The notes under the pieces: model-generated
Seen by the model: only the letters and a program-made list of their open reading frames with translations
Database searches by the model: none
Told to the model about the DNA's origin: nothing
Source: a bacterium
GTDB lineage: Bacteria > SAR324 > NAC60-12
Reading direction: 5' to 3'
Length of the DNA stretch: 64,000 nucleotides
Assembly: GCA_965209155.1 (NCBI GenBank)
Contig: OZ242383.1
Span: 160,001 to 224,000 of the forward strand
In this document: in pieces, positions 40,575 to 50,596 of the stretch
Layout of the letters: the number at the start of each line of letters is the position of its first letter
Position numbering within the stretch: position 1 is the first letter of the stretch
Program-made: the position numbers and the translations under genes

Positions 40575-40602
40575 TTGACATTATGCAAAAATAATATATT
40601 AT
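40575..40602 (+). promoter_or_regulatory. Putative sigma70 promoter
   Basis: TTGACA-N16-TATTAT. Confidence 0.4.
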
Positions 40603-40934
40603 TACCAAAATCATACCTTTTTGATAATTCTCAAAGAAATCGCCTTGGGCTGACGAAAGGTTTTATTTCAATGTCGCACCTGTTGATTGAGCCGAAAGTC
40701 ATGTAAAACCTCATCTCCTCCCCAGAGGATTTTTAGAAATGGTCAACGGGGAATGGAAAGTGCCAAAAAAAGCTTGATTAACATTTGCAAAGCGATTATA
40801 TATTCCAAGGACGGAAGGGAAATCATGTGATCCTTCACTTTGTAGTCTTACCATCAGGATGACATGAAAATCTGAAATTAACCTGTTTTGAGTATAAAAA
40901 ATAATTTGACACGAGGTTAAAATGATAGTACAAT

Positions 40935-41118
40935 CCCGGCACCCGGCACCCGGCACCCGGCACCCGGCACCCGGCACCCGGCACCCGGCACCCGGCACCC
41001 GGCACCCGGCACCCGGCACCCGGCACCCGGCACCCGTGCACCAAGCCCCTAGTTCCAACTTCCCATTCTCAAGTTCTTAGTTCCAAGCCTCAGGCAATAA
41101 GTTCCCCATCCCAAGTTC
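40935..41118. repeat. Heptamer tandem repeat (CCCGGCA)x14 followed by degenerate heptamers
   Basis: Perfect units 40935-41032; 7 nt register continues (CCAAGCC, CCTAGTT, CCAACTT, TCAAGTT...). Confidence 0.95.
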
Positions 41119-41204
41119 TACCCTCTGGTGTCATCTTGACGTCGACACCAATTCCAAGGGGGAGAGATCCTTAAGATTCCCTTGTTCCCAATTTCACATT
41201 CCTC

Positions 41205-41398
41205 AAAAAGTATTTTCTTTTTAATTCCTTCCCTCTCGAGCGAAGCGGGGGAGAATATATTGAATCTAAAATGGAGTAACAAAATGAATCCGAAAAAAGT
41301 ATTTTCTTTTTTAATTCCTTCCCTCTCGAGTGAAGCGGGGGAGAATATATTGAATCTAAAATGGAGTAATAAAATGAATCTGAAAAAAATATTTTCTT
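41205..41398 (+). repeat. About 90 bp tandem duplication of a translation start region
   Basis: Two copies of TTAATTCCTTCCCTCTCGAG..GGAGTAAYAAAATGAATC. Confidence 0.92.
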
Positions 41399-41927
41399 CA
41401 GGCCTGACCTTGTTGGTAGGGGCCATCCTGGCAGGCAGTGTGTCTGCCCAAAAATATGGCGGAACATTAGTTATATCAACTCAATCGGATGTGGGTTTTG
41501 ATCCGGCGGGAGACGGGTCCAGAAATATCGGTAGTCACGCTGGTCATGATTATGTAATAACAGCAGATGTCACAAAAGGTGTTAACGCCACTGTAAAACT
41601 TAACCAAGTGTGGCGACTTGAATGATAGCCAATAGTTAGCGGATGTTTTTTTACTACTTTTTACTTTGTCTCGTTTTTTCTTCTATTCATTTACTTTCCA
41701 ATCAATAAATTTTGTTTTCCTCTCCATTTTCTTTCTCATGCTTGTTCTTCCTTCCTCTGAGAGCTGAATCAACATGGAGCGAGCAATGGTGTAAGAAGTT
41801 GTTTTACCTGTTCATTTTTCTTCTTCATTTGAGTGGGAGGCAGTGATTTCTTTGATACTTTGAGTCATGTTCCTGTAAGACAAGTTTTTCTTGAAGGAAG
41901 CCCCTCAAAGCATCAACAGGAGATCCT

Positions 41928-42458
41928 ATGCAAACAGGTAGATGCATCAACTGCCACCAATTTTTCCTCCGCCGCCCTCAAAACAAGGAGCAAAGTTACT
42001 GCAGCCTGAAGAGGTGTCAGCGTGCGCGCAAGACGAATTGGGAGCGTAAAAAGTTAGCCAGCGATCCAGACTATCAACAGAACCGAAAAGCTAGTCAGAA
42101 GGCTTGGCAAGAAAGCCACCGCGATTATTGGAAAGTCTATCGAGAAAAACATCCAGTTCAGGCTGAGCGCAATCGAAAACTTCAGTTGATCCGCAATGCC
42201 AAACAGCGGGGGTATATTGTGGAAAAACTCTCGATGAATACCATTCCTTCCATCTCTCCGCTCAGATCAAAGCCCTTCTCGCTCTCATCAGTGCCGATTG
42301 CAAAGACGGACGCGTCCATCCCTTATCAATTCTGCCTTATCGCCTCCTCCGATGAGGATTTGATTGCAAAGATGGACGCGTCAAATTCCTCCCCTGCCCA
42401 GATTTTTAAGGCTTTTGTTGAGCTTCCTTTGATTGCAAAGATGGACGCGTTAACCTAA
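41928..42458 (+). CDS. IS21-associated hypothetical protein with CxxC...CxxxxC motif
   Basis: CINC...YCSLKRC; ATG after AGGAG. Confidence 0.75.
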   Translation: MQTGRCINCHQFFLRRPQNKEQSYCSLKRCQRARKTNWERKKLASDPDYQQNRKASQKAWQESHRDYWKVYREKHPVQAERNRKLQLIRNAKQRGYIVEKLSMNTIPSISPLRSKPFSLSSVPIAKTDASIPYQFCLIASSDEDLIAKMDASNSSPAQIFKAFVELPLIAKMDALT

Positions 42459-42505
42459 AAGAACCTTGAGATATCAACAACTTATCCGTGATTGCAAAGA
42501 AGGAC
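42296..42505 (+). repeat. Four iteron-like direct repeats GATTGCAAAGANGGAC(GCGT) plus an IHF-consensus site
   Basis: Copies at 42296, 42362, 42431, 42490; TATCAACAACTTA at 42472. Confidence 0.85.
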
Positions 42506-42582
42506 TTTATTGCCACCACCCTTCAGTTGAGTTAAAAACGATGAAAACCTTGTTAACCATCCATCCAAAAGAAGGAGCTGTG

Positions 42583-42936
42583 ATGAGAAAGCAGTTGATT
42601 ATGAAAAGCAGACGACGGGTGATCGAGGGAAGTTTTAGCTTCATTCCTCACCGATTTTTGAGGGAGGGCTTTTTTGAATGCCTGCGATCTGAGGAATTGA
42701 TCTTATATTTTTTTTATGTGATGGCCGCGGATGCTCAAGGACTTTCCTACTACAGTCCCAAGACCATCACTCAACTGCTGAAAATGGAGAGGGATGTCTA
42801 TCAACAGGCCTTGAGTGGTTTATTGCAAATGGATCTGATCGCCACAGAAGAGACCTTAGTGCAGGTCCTTCACTTGCCCCTGTCTCCACTAAGAAGATCC
42901 CCCTCACCCTCTGACTGTAAAGGTCCCTGTGATTGA
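42583..42936 (+). CDS. IS21-associated putative winged-helix protein
   Basis: LYFFYVMAADAQGLSYYSPKTITQLLKM...ALSGLLQMDLI; AAGGAG RBS; overlaps istA start. Confidence 0.7.
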   Translation: MRKQLIMKSRRRVIEGSFSFIPHRFLREGFFECLRSEELILYFFYVMAADAQGLSYYSPKTITQLLKMERDVYQQALSGLLQMDLIATEETLVQVLHLPLSPLRRSPSPSDCKGPCD

Positions 42937-44395
42937 TCAGCATACTCTCTTTGAAATCCATCGCCTGCATGCAGAAGGACTTTCTCAGCGAAAAATTGCT
43001 CTTCGCTTGAACCTTTCCCGTGCGACGGTGAAGCGGCATCTCTGCCATCCTCAAATTGTGCGAAAAAAAATTAAAAAACCATCTAAACTCAATCCTTTTA
43101 AAGCGCATATGGAGCAATGGTTGCAAAGTGATGCCAGCCTCAGCGCAACGGTGGTTTTGCAGCGTCTGCAAGGGCTTGGATTCGAGGGGAGGTATGGGAT
43201 TGTGAAAGACTATCTCAGAAAGATTCGCCCCAAACCCGCTGCGATGCCCATCAGACGCTTTGAAAGCCAGCCGGGGGAACAGTTCCAAATCGATTGGGGT
43301 TTTTTTGGCAAACTCAGCTATGGACAAACCCAGCGAAAGCTTTATGCCCTGGCTGTCATTGAATGCCATAGCCGAAAACTCTTTGTTTATTTTAGCCATT
43401 CGACAGACCAGACGGCTTTCCATCAGGCTTTATTAACCGCCTTCCAGTTCTACGGAGGAACTACCAAAGAACTGGTGTTTGATAACATGAAAACCGCCGT
43501 CGTTGAACGAGTGGGATCCATCATCCGATTTAACGGAGCCTTTTTAGATTTTCTCCGCCCCTTTCAGCTCATCCCGAAGGCTTGTTCGCCGAGGCTTCCG
43601 CGATCGAAAGGCAAAGTGGAGAGGGTGATCCGCTATATTCGGGATAATTTTTGGCCTCTTCGTCAGTTCAAAGATCTGGCCGATGTCCAGCAGCAAATGA
43701 ATCATTGGCTGCAGACAGTGGCCAATGTGCGCCAGCATCAAACCACCTTAGAAAAACCCGATGAACGCTTTCAACCTCAAACGCTTCGAGCCTTGCCCCC
43801 TTGCTTGCCCGATTGTTATCTGACCCGCCGTGTGACTGTCTTAGCCGATGCCACCGTGACCTTCGATTCAAATTATTATTCCGTACCCGACTGGACATTA
43901 GGACACCGGCTCACCCTCAAAGCCGACCAATATGAGGTCTTGCTCTTTATTAAAGAGCGCCGTGTGGCCCAGCATTTAAGATCTTGGCAACGCAAACAAA
44001 GGCTGGAAAATCCCAAACATCGAAACCCTCAAAAACGCTCCCCTCTACCGCATCCGGACTGTGTTTATTTTCTTTCATTGGCGCCCTGTTGCCAAACCTT
44101 TCTGCAGGGCATCAATCAATCGGGGATGGCTTTACAAAAGACGATTCAGCAACTGCTCAAACTTTTAGAGCAATACGGCTTAGACTCTTTAGTCATTGCC
44201 CTTGAAAAGGCCATCCATCACCACGCTTTTGGCCTCGATTATGTCAAAAATATCCTCTACCAGGAAATGAGGCCCGTCTCCCATCAACCTCCAGTGGTTT
44301 TGAAACAAGAAGCCTTAAATCATATCCGCCTCACCCCGCATTCGCTGGCCGAATATGATGCCCTCGTCCTGCAGAGAAAGAAGGGGGAGAGATGA
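42929..44395 (+). CDS. istA: IS21-family transposase
   Basis: N-terminal HTH, PGEQFQIDWG, FDNMKT, KGKVER. Confidence 0.95.
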   Translation: MIDQHTLFEIHRLHAEGLSQRKIALRLNLSRATVKRHLCHPQIVRKKIKKPSKLNPFKAHMEQWLQSDASLSATVVLQRLQGLGFEGRYGIVKDYLRKIRPKPAAMPIRRFESQPGEQFQIDWGFFGKLSYGQTQRKLYALAVIECHSRKLFVYFSHSTDQTAFHQALLTAFQFYGGTTKELVFDNMKTAVVERVGSIIRFNGAFLDFLRPFQLIPKACSPRLPRSKGKVERVIRYIRDNFWPLRQFKDLADVQQQMNHWLQTVANVRQHQTTLEKPDERFQPQTLRALPPCLPDCYLTRRVTVLADATVTFDSNYYSVPDWTLGHRLTLKADQYEVLLFIKERRVAQHLRSWQRKQRLENPKHRNPQKRSPLPHPDCVYFLSLAPCCQTFLQGINQSGMALQKTIQQLLKLLEQYGLDSLVIALEKAIHHHAFGLDYVKNILYQEMRPVSHQPPVVLKQEALNHIRLTPHSLAEYDALVLQRKKGER

Positions 44396-45129
44396 GTGAA
44401 AAAATAAAAAAACAATGTCAGAGCCTCCATCTCAGTGGCCTTTGCCAGCATTTTGAAGCGATTTTTAAAACTGCCTCGCAAAAAAACTGGACTCATCATC
44501 AATTGCTCGAGAGCTTGTTTGATCTCGAACTGGACCATCGTCTCCATAAGCGCATTCAATTGCGCTTGAAGCAAGCCAAACTGCCCGCCACTCCCACCAT
44601 CGAGAGCTTTGATTTTGCCCACCACCCCTCTCGAAAAAAGAACAAAGGCAGAATTTTACAATTGATGCAATTGGACTTTATCAAGAATAGCGAGGATGTT
44701 ATCCTGATTGGCAATCCAGGGGTGGGCAAGACCCACTTGGCTTTATGCCTGGCATACGAGGCCACTCAGAACGCCATGCGCACTTTATTTACCACAGCAA
44801 CCGACATGATTAACCATTTGATTGCTGCCGAATCGGACCATTCCCTGGTCAAAAAACTCAGCCATTACACCGAACCGGACCTCCTCCTCTGCGATGAGAT
44901 CGGTTATCTGCCACTGGATCAACAAGGAAGCAGCCTCTTTTTCCAGGTCATTAGTCGCAGGCATCAGAGAAAATCAACCTTTCTCACCACAAACCTGCCT
45001 TTTGCCCAATGGGGGAATCTCTTTGATTCGACCACTGTGGCCACTGCCATTGCAGATCGACTGGTAATGAATTCGGAGGTTATCATTTTAGAAGGAGAAA
45101 GCTATCGTAGAAATAAAAGAAAAAAATGA
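44392..45129 (+). CDS. istB: IS21-family ATP-binding helper
   Basis: GNPGVGKT, DEIGY, TTN, DRL, GESYR. Confidence 0.95.
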   Translation: MSEKIKKQCQSLHLSGLCQHFEAIFKTASQKNWTHHQLLESLFDLELDHRLHKRIQLRLKQAKLPATPTIESFDFAHHPSRKKNKGRILQLMQLDFIKNSEDVILIGNPGVGKTHLALCLAYEATQNAMRTLFTTATDMINHLIAAESDHSLVKKLSHYTEPDLLLCDEIGYLPLDQQGSSLFFQVISRRHQRKSTFLTTNLPFAQWGNLFDSTTVATAIADRLVMNSEVIILEGESYRRNKRKK

Positions 45130-46836
45130 AAAAGGCATATAGCCCCTTCCATCCGCTGTTTTAAAGGTATGAGGCCACATCACATCACTGCACCTTGTCG
45201 CTCAATACTCAACCTACTCCTCTGCCCACTTAACTACGTGGTAAACTTCCAAATTGCCGTTTTTGGTATACTTTACTACTGCCATCAACAAAAAGGACCG
45301 TATGGTGACGGCACCTATGGTTTTAACGTCACGGGGACACCTTATGGAGCCTGGGCGCCCAGCGTGGCCGAATCCTGGGAAGCAACTCCAAACAAAATAG
45401 TCTATCATCTGAGAAAGGGCATTAAATTCCGCAATAAAGCCCCAGTCAATGGTCGAGAACTGGATGCTCATGATGTCCTCGCAACCTGGAATGCGGCAAT
45501 TGCAATCCCCGGCACATTATCGAGTGGGGAACAAGACAAGTATAAATGGACTGTCCTCGATAAATATACCATTCAAGTGGAATGGATAAACCCTACACTG
45601 GAATATGATAAAATAGGTGAAATTGTCGGTGCTTCTTGGGGTCTTATCCCAAAGGAGATTGAGAAAGGCACCAATCGTAATGACTGGAGGAATACCTACG
45701 GATCTGGGCCATTTTACCCAACAAAATATGTCGAAGGCAGTGTCACTGAATTTGAAAAAAACCCGGACTACTGGGCGACAGATCCGATGAATCCTGGAAA
45801 TTCTATCCCCTATCTGGATAAGGTGAGATTAGTCAAAATGGATGAAGTGGCAATGAAAGCTGGACTCGCAACAGGCAAAATTGACACTACTTTTACTCAA
45901 TTTTACTTGAGCCGAAGTGACGAGAAAGACCTCATGAATTCCAACCCTGATTTAGTGACGGCAAGGGGTCCCATCCGAAATCAAATGCTTAACTTCAACA
46001 TTACCAGGAAACCTTTTAGTGACCAACGTGTCCGCCGGGCAGTCATGCTGGCCATCCCACACGAGGAAATGAACGAAAGTTTGTATGATGGTACCGGCTT
46101 ATGGCCAGCATATCCTACCTTTGCGGGCACGGCGCCCTTTCATATTTCATTAGAACAAATGGAAAAAGAACGCCCGGATCTCGCCAGGATGTGGGGATAC
46201 GATCCGGAGGAAGCTAAAAGACTGTTGGCCGAGGCTGGTTATCCGAATGGTTTTAAGACCAATATCATTACGCGGACGGAGTTTGGCTCTGCGGAAACTT
46301 CGGAAGCCGTTGCACTCTATCTTTCCCAGGTTGGCATTGACATGGAGATCAGAGTCGTGGATATGGCTAAAATGTATACTATGACCATGAATAAAGAACC
46401 TGATCCCAGCTACACGGATATGGCTTGGTCGGACAACGGATGCATAAATTCGTTCTATTCGTGTCATTGGCAGATACACATGGATCCCCGTGGTCCGTTT
46501 CCTTGGTATGGACCCCATGAAAAGATTTTAAACAGTCAATATGGACAGGATTTTATCACAATGTATGATGATTTCCTGGCCGAAGATGACCCTCATGAGC
46601 ATTACAGGAAATGGGTTGCATTAGCCATGTGGACGATGCAAGAAGTGTGGTCTGCCCCTCTCATGTACTTAACGGGCGCTCACTTTCAACAAAATTGGGT
46701 GCACCAACACAGTGGCGTTTTCTGGGATTCGTTGAATAATTTGCATATGTTAAAATATACCTGGCTTGACTTGGATAAGAGAAAGCAGCAGAGCGGACGA
46801 GGCGCCAATGAGTAATTCCTGAGTGTATGAACAAAC

Positions 46837-46875
46837 AAAAGGGAGGGAGTGTTCTTCATTCCCTCCTTTTTTTTC
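46837..46875 (+). terminator. Intrinsic terminator after the solute-binding protein gene
   Basis: GGAGGGAGTG-TTCTT-CATTCCCTCC followed by a T tract. Confidence 0.75.
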
Positions 46876-46921
46876 AATTGCGCAATTCGCATTTTCCGAA
46901 TCCGCATGGGTATAAAATATC

Positions 46922-47878
46922 ATGATGCTAAGCTATATCATCAGGAGAGTGGTCATCATGATTCCTACCTTGATCCTGGTCTCCATCATCGTTTTCATGG
47001 GCTTGCGTTTCATTCCAGGGGACGTCGTGGACCTGATGGTATCGCAGGCTTCGTTCGGATCTGCAGGGATTAGTCGTGAAGAGATAAAAATATATCTGGG
47101 GATGGACTTACCCGTTCACGAGCAGTATCTCAAGTGGATAGGTGGAGTACTTCGAGGTGATTTTGGCGAGTCCCTTTGGACAAGGACGCCTGTCAATGAC
47201 AATTTGCTGAGTGGTCTACCCGTCTCCCTGGAACTGGGTTTTATGGCGGTTTTCCTCTCCCTGGTCATTGCCATCCCGGTGGGAGTGCTTGCCGGCATCC
47301 GGCCGGAATCAAAGCTGGATTATCTTTTGCGCAGTGTTGCCATCTTCCTGGTCTGCATTCCGGATTTCTGGCTGGCAACCATGATCGTGATCTACCCCGC
47401 TATCTGGTGGAATGTCTCACCGAGCCTGGTTTATTTTTTTTTCTGGGAGGACCCCCTTGGCAATCTGGGCATGGTCTTCCTGCCGGCTCTGGTCCTGGGA
47501 TTTGCGTTTTCCGGGATGATCATGAGGCTGACCCGTAATTTGGTCATCGAGGAAATGGGGCAGGATTATGTGCGGACGGCCAGGTCCAAGGGACTGAAGG
47601 CGAGAGTCGTGGTACTGCGTCATGTGCTCAAGAACACACTGATCCCGGTGGTCACCGTGGTGGGGATTCAGCTCCCCTTCGTCATTGGGGGGGCTGTGGT
47701 GGTCGAGAGCATCTTTGGTTTACCGGGATTGGGAAACATGATGGTAGAATCGATCAACACTCGGGATTATCCGATCATTTCGGGCATCAATATCATTCTG
47801 GCAACGGTGGTGCTGAGCGTCAATTTGCTCGTTGATATCAGCTACGCCTGGCTCGATCCACGGATACGTTATAAATAG
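46922..47878 (+). CDS. Peptide/nickel ABC permease (DppB-like)
   Basis: PDFWL, QDYVRTARSKGL, LDPRIRY. Confidence 0.93.
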   Translation: MMLSYIIRRVVIMIPTLILVSIIVFMGLRFIPGDVVDLMVSQASFGSAGISREEIKIYLGMDLPVHEQYLKWIGGVLRGDFGESLWTRTPVNDNLLSGLPVSLELGFMAVFLSLVIAIPVGVLAGIRPESKLDYLLRSVAIFLVCIPDFWLATMIVIYPAIWWNVSPSLVYFFFWEDPLGNLGMVFLPALVLGFAFSGMIMRLTRNLVIEEMGQDYVRTARSKGLKARVVVLRHVLKNTLIPVVTVVGIQLPFVIGGAVVVESIFGLPGLGNMMVESINTRDYPIISGINIILATVVLSVNLLVDISYAWLDPRIRYK

Positions 47879-47977
47879 TTGTCAGTTTTCTGCTGTCAGC
47901 TCTCAGTGTTGTGAACGCGAACGGTAGTGCCAGCCTCATAGGGTCGCCCTACCGTATCAACATGATAATAAATAGAA

Positions 47978-48901
47978 ATGACAAGCAAAACCGTATCATC
48001 ACCAGACACGCATCCGGCCAGAAAGAGTGCCTTGATCACCTTTCTCTCCCGGCTCTTTCGTGAGAAAAAACTCGGGGCCATCGGCTTGATCATCGTCGTG
48101 GTGTTTTTACTGGTGGGCATTTTCGCGGACTTCCTGGCTCCCTATGGGATGATGGAGTTTGATATGAGAAACCGTTTGAAGGGACCCATGCCGGGGCATT
48201 GGATGGGAACCGACCATTTTGGACGAGACCTTTTGAGCCGGGTCATCTACGGCGCTCGGATTTCCATGGTGGTGGGTCTCTCCGCTTGCGGGATCCTGAT
48301 TCTCATCTCCACAAGTGTTGGCCTGCTTTCCGGGTATGTCGGGGGCGTTGTGGATTTGGTCACCCAGCGCTTCGTGGACGCCTGGCTTTCCTTACCCGGG
48401 TTATTTGTTATTCTGACCGTGATGACTACCCTGGGGGCCGGGATGCCTCAGACCATTGGAGTATTGGGCGCCTTTTGGGGAATTGCCAACATTCGCACGG
48501 TACGAGGGGTCGTCTTGAGTGCCAGGGAGAACGTGTATGTGGAGGCGGCCCAGGCGGTGGGCGGTTCCACCTGGCGCATCCTTATCAAACATATCCTGCC
48601 CCAGATTTGGGCACCATTGATTGTGGTGTATACCGTCTCCCTGGGGGGAATCATCATCTCCGAAGCCGTCATCAGTTACCTCGGATTTGGCATTCCTCCG
48701 CCGCAACCCAGCTGGGGGGGGATGCTCAGCCTGGAAGGTCAGAAATATATGTTGGAGCAGCCCTGGTTGGCCTTCTGGCCGGGTCTGGCCCTGGCCATCG
48801 TGATTTACGGGGTTAACATGCTCGGGGATGCCATGCGCGACCTGCTCGACCCTCGTTTACGCGGCAAAGTAGGCCGTTTGGGTTTACCGAATAAACGCTA
48901 A
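47978..48901 (+). CDS. Peptide/nickel ABC permease (DppC-like)
   Basis: GTDHFGRD, YVEAAQAVG, PSWGGML, GDAMRDLLDPR. Confidence 0.93.
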   Translation: MTSKTVSSPDTHPARKSALITFLSRLFREKKLGAIGLIIVVVFLLVGIFADFLAPYGMMEFDMRNRLKGPMPGHWMGTDHFGRDLLSRVIYGARISMVVGLSACGILILISTSVGLLSGYVGGVVDLVTQRFVDAWLSLPGLFVILTVMTTLGAGMPQTIGVLGAFWGIANIRTVRGVVLSARENVYVEAAQAVGGSTWRILIKHILPQIWAPLIVVYTVSLGGIIISEAVISYLGFGIPPPQPSWGGMLSLEGQKYMLEQPWLAFWPGLALAIVIYGVNMLGDAMRDLLDPRLRGKVGRLGLPNKR

Positions 48902-48920
48902 AAATGAATAAGGAGATCCC

Positions 48921-49958
48921 ATGAAAGCTGCGATAATACTTAAGGACGGAAAAATTGAGATTCAGGATCTGCCCACCCCGACCCCGGGGGACGAAGAGGC
49001 GCGCATCCGCATCACCGCAGCAGGCGTTTGTCACTCCGACGTGCACATCGTGCGCGGCGACTGGGCGGGGTTTCCATCTCGATTTCGGTCAGGTGTGTTC
49101 GGGCACGAGGCCATTGGCATTGTCGAAGAACTCGGGCCAGGCGCCGAGCGCTACGCCGCTGTGGGCGACCGGGTCTTCACGGGGTTCGGTGGCATGGGCG
49201 GTGCCTACTGGTGCGGCGCCTGCGAGTTCTGCCTGGGCGGCGAACCGCGCCACTGCTCCCAGGCCAAGGGCCTCAATGGCACCTTCGCTGAGCAGTTCTG
49301 CGTGTGGGCCAAGGCGCTCGTAAAACTGCCGGACACGGTGGGTGATGAAGAAGCAGGGCTCTCCTGTGGCGGCCTCACGGCGTATGGCGCTGTCAAGAAA
49401 CTCTTCAAGCACCACATCCAGCCGGGACGTCACGTGGCGATCGTGGGTGCCGCCGGGGGCCTCGGCCACTACGCCGTCCAGGTCGCGACGACCTTCGGCT
49501 ACAAGGTAGTGGGCATCGACGTCGGCGAGGAGCGGCTGAAGTTCGTCGAGTCGCTCGGCGCCAAGCTGGCCGTCAGTGCGGACGACGCCGTCGAAACCGT
49601 TCAGCAGTTCGGTGGTGTGGACGCCGCGATTGTGTTCTCGGCCTCCATAGCCGGGTTCAAGCTCGGCTTACAAGTGCTGCGACCAAGCGGCCTGTTCGTG
49701 GCGTGTGGCCTTCCCCCTACTAGCGAAGGCCACTTCGGACTGGACCCCTTCTTGTGGAACCAGAAAGGCGCGACCCTGGTCGCCTCGGTCGTCGGCAACG
49801 TGCAGGAGATGCGCGAGCTCGTCGACATGGTGGCGGCCGGAGACGTCAAGAGCCACATCGGCCGCCGCGGTCCGCTCTCGGAGCTGGATGCCATCTTGGA
49901 TGAGCTCGAAGAAGGCAAATACCTGGGCCGCGCCGTCATCACCGACCTCGGCAGCTAG
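48921..49958 (+). CDS. Zinc-dependent alcohol dehydrogenase (AdhP-like)
   Basis: GVCHSD, GHE, CxxCxxC...C, GAAGGLG. Confidence 0.92.
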   Translation: MKAAIILKDGKIEIQDLPTPTPGDEEARIRITAAGVCHSDVHIVRGDWAGFPSRFRSGVFGHEAIGIVEELGPGAERYAAVGDRVFTGFGGMGGAYWCGACEFCLGGEPRHCSQAKGLNGTFAEQFCVWAKALVKLPDTVGDEEAGLSCGGLTAYGAVKKLFKHHIQPGRHVAIVGAAGGLGHYAVQVATTFGYKVVGIDVGEERLKFVESLGAKLAVSADDAVETVQQFGGVDAAIVFSASIAGFKLGLQVLRPSGLFVACGLPPTSEGHFGLDPFLWNQKGATLVASVVGNVQEMRELVDMVAAGDVKSHIGRRGPLSELDAILDELEEGKYLGRAVITDLGS

Positions 49959-50125
49959 GATCTGCATGGCTTTGAAGACCCGGGAGGCGATCCACGGGTT
50001 CCAGTATAGAAAAGATAATATCGGGGTTTATTCGACAACTCCAATCTGGCCGATGCGGGTCGTTGTGATCTGTGTCTGCATAACTGCGCATTAAAAGTGC
50101 TACACACGAAAAAAGGAAAGAACAA

Positions 50126-50596
50126 ATGAGTGAAAAACTACCTGAAGACGTCCTTTCGGGCGTAAAATTAATCAATTCGAATACCGTTGTGCTTGATCCT
50201 CTCGAGTACTCTGATGTCAATGTACTGGAAGGATCTCCGAAATCATCAATAAAAATATTATGGAAATCTGAAGATGGATCATGTGTCACTGGTGTTTGGT
50301 CGTGTACTGAGGGAAGTTGGCTGGTCGAGTGGCCATGGGATGAAATGTGTTTTCTACTTGAGGGCGAATTGGATGTCACAGAAGTTGACAGGAACAGCGA
50401 TCATTCAGGACAAACCATACGAGTAAATCCAGGTGATCAATTTCATTTTGAAAAGGGGTCTAAAACGGTGTGGAATGTAATAAAACCTGTGAAAAAGATT
50501 ATGTATATAAGACATAATTCCCCAATTGCGGATCAGCCATGGGAAGAAAACGAAGCGTTCAAAGCGAACTATAAAAAAATAAAAGATGAGTCATGA
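50126..50596 (+). CDS. Cupin (DUF861/EutQ-like)
   Basis: GVWSCTEG, EMCFLLEG, PGD..F.KG. Confidence 0.85.
   Translation: MSEKLPEDVLSGVKLINSNTVVLDPLEYSDVNVLEGSPKSSIKILWKSEDGSCVTGVWSCTEGSWLVEWPWDEMCFLLEGELDVTEVDRNSDHSGQTIRVNPGDQFHFEKGSKTVWNVIKPVKKIMYIRHNSPIADQPWEENEAFKANYKKIKDES

Larger units (their letters stand above)
41580..45290 (+). mobile_element. IS21-family element (3711 bp) with two accessory ORFs
   Basis: TGTT...AACA ends with imperfect IRs; 6 bp target duplication AAAAGG at 41574 and 45291. Confidence 0.93.
41374..46815 (+). pseudogene. ABC family-5 solute-binding protein interrupted by an IS21-family element
   Basis: Signal peptide MNLKK..VSA, QKYGGTL..ADVTKG | PYGDG..; removing the IS and one AAAAGG restores the frame. 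Confidence 0.92.

Noticed and set aside
40711..41058. CRVPGAG-repeat proteins
   Set aside because: These are translations of the heptamer DNA repeat, open in several frames
40935..42505. CRISPR arrays (heptamer array, 90 bp duplication, IS21 internal repeats)
   Set aside because: The first two lack spacers; the third has short degenerate repeats, mostly inside an ORF; no cas genes are present
45169..45290. Start of the 548 aa solute-binding protein ORF
   Set aside because: Its first ~41 codons lie inside the IS21 right end; the real N terminus is at 41374
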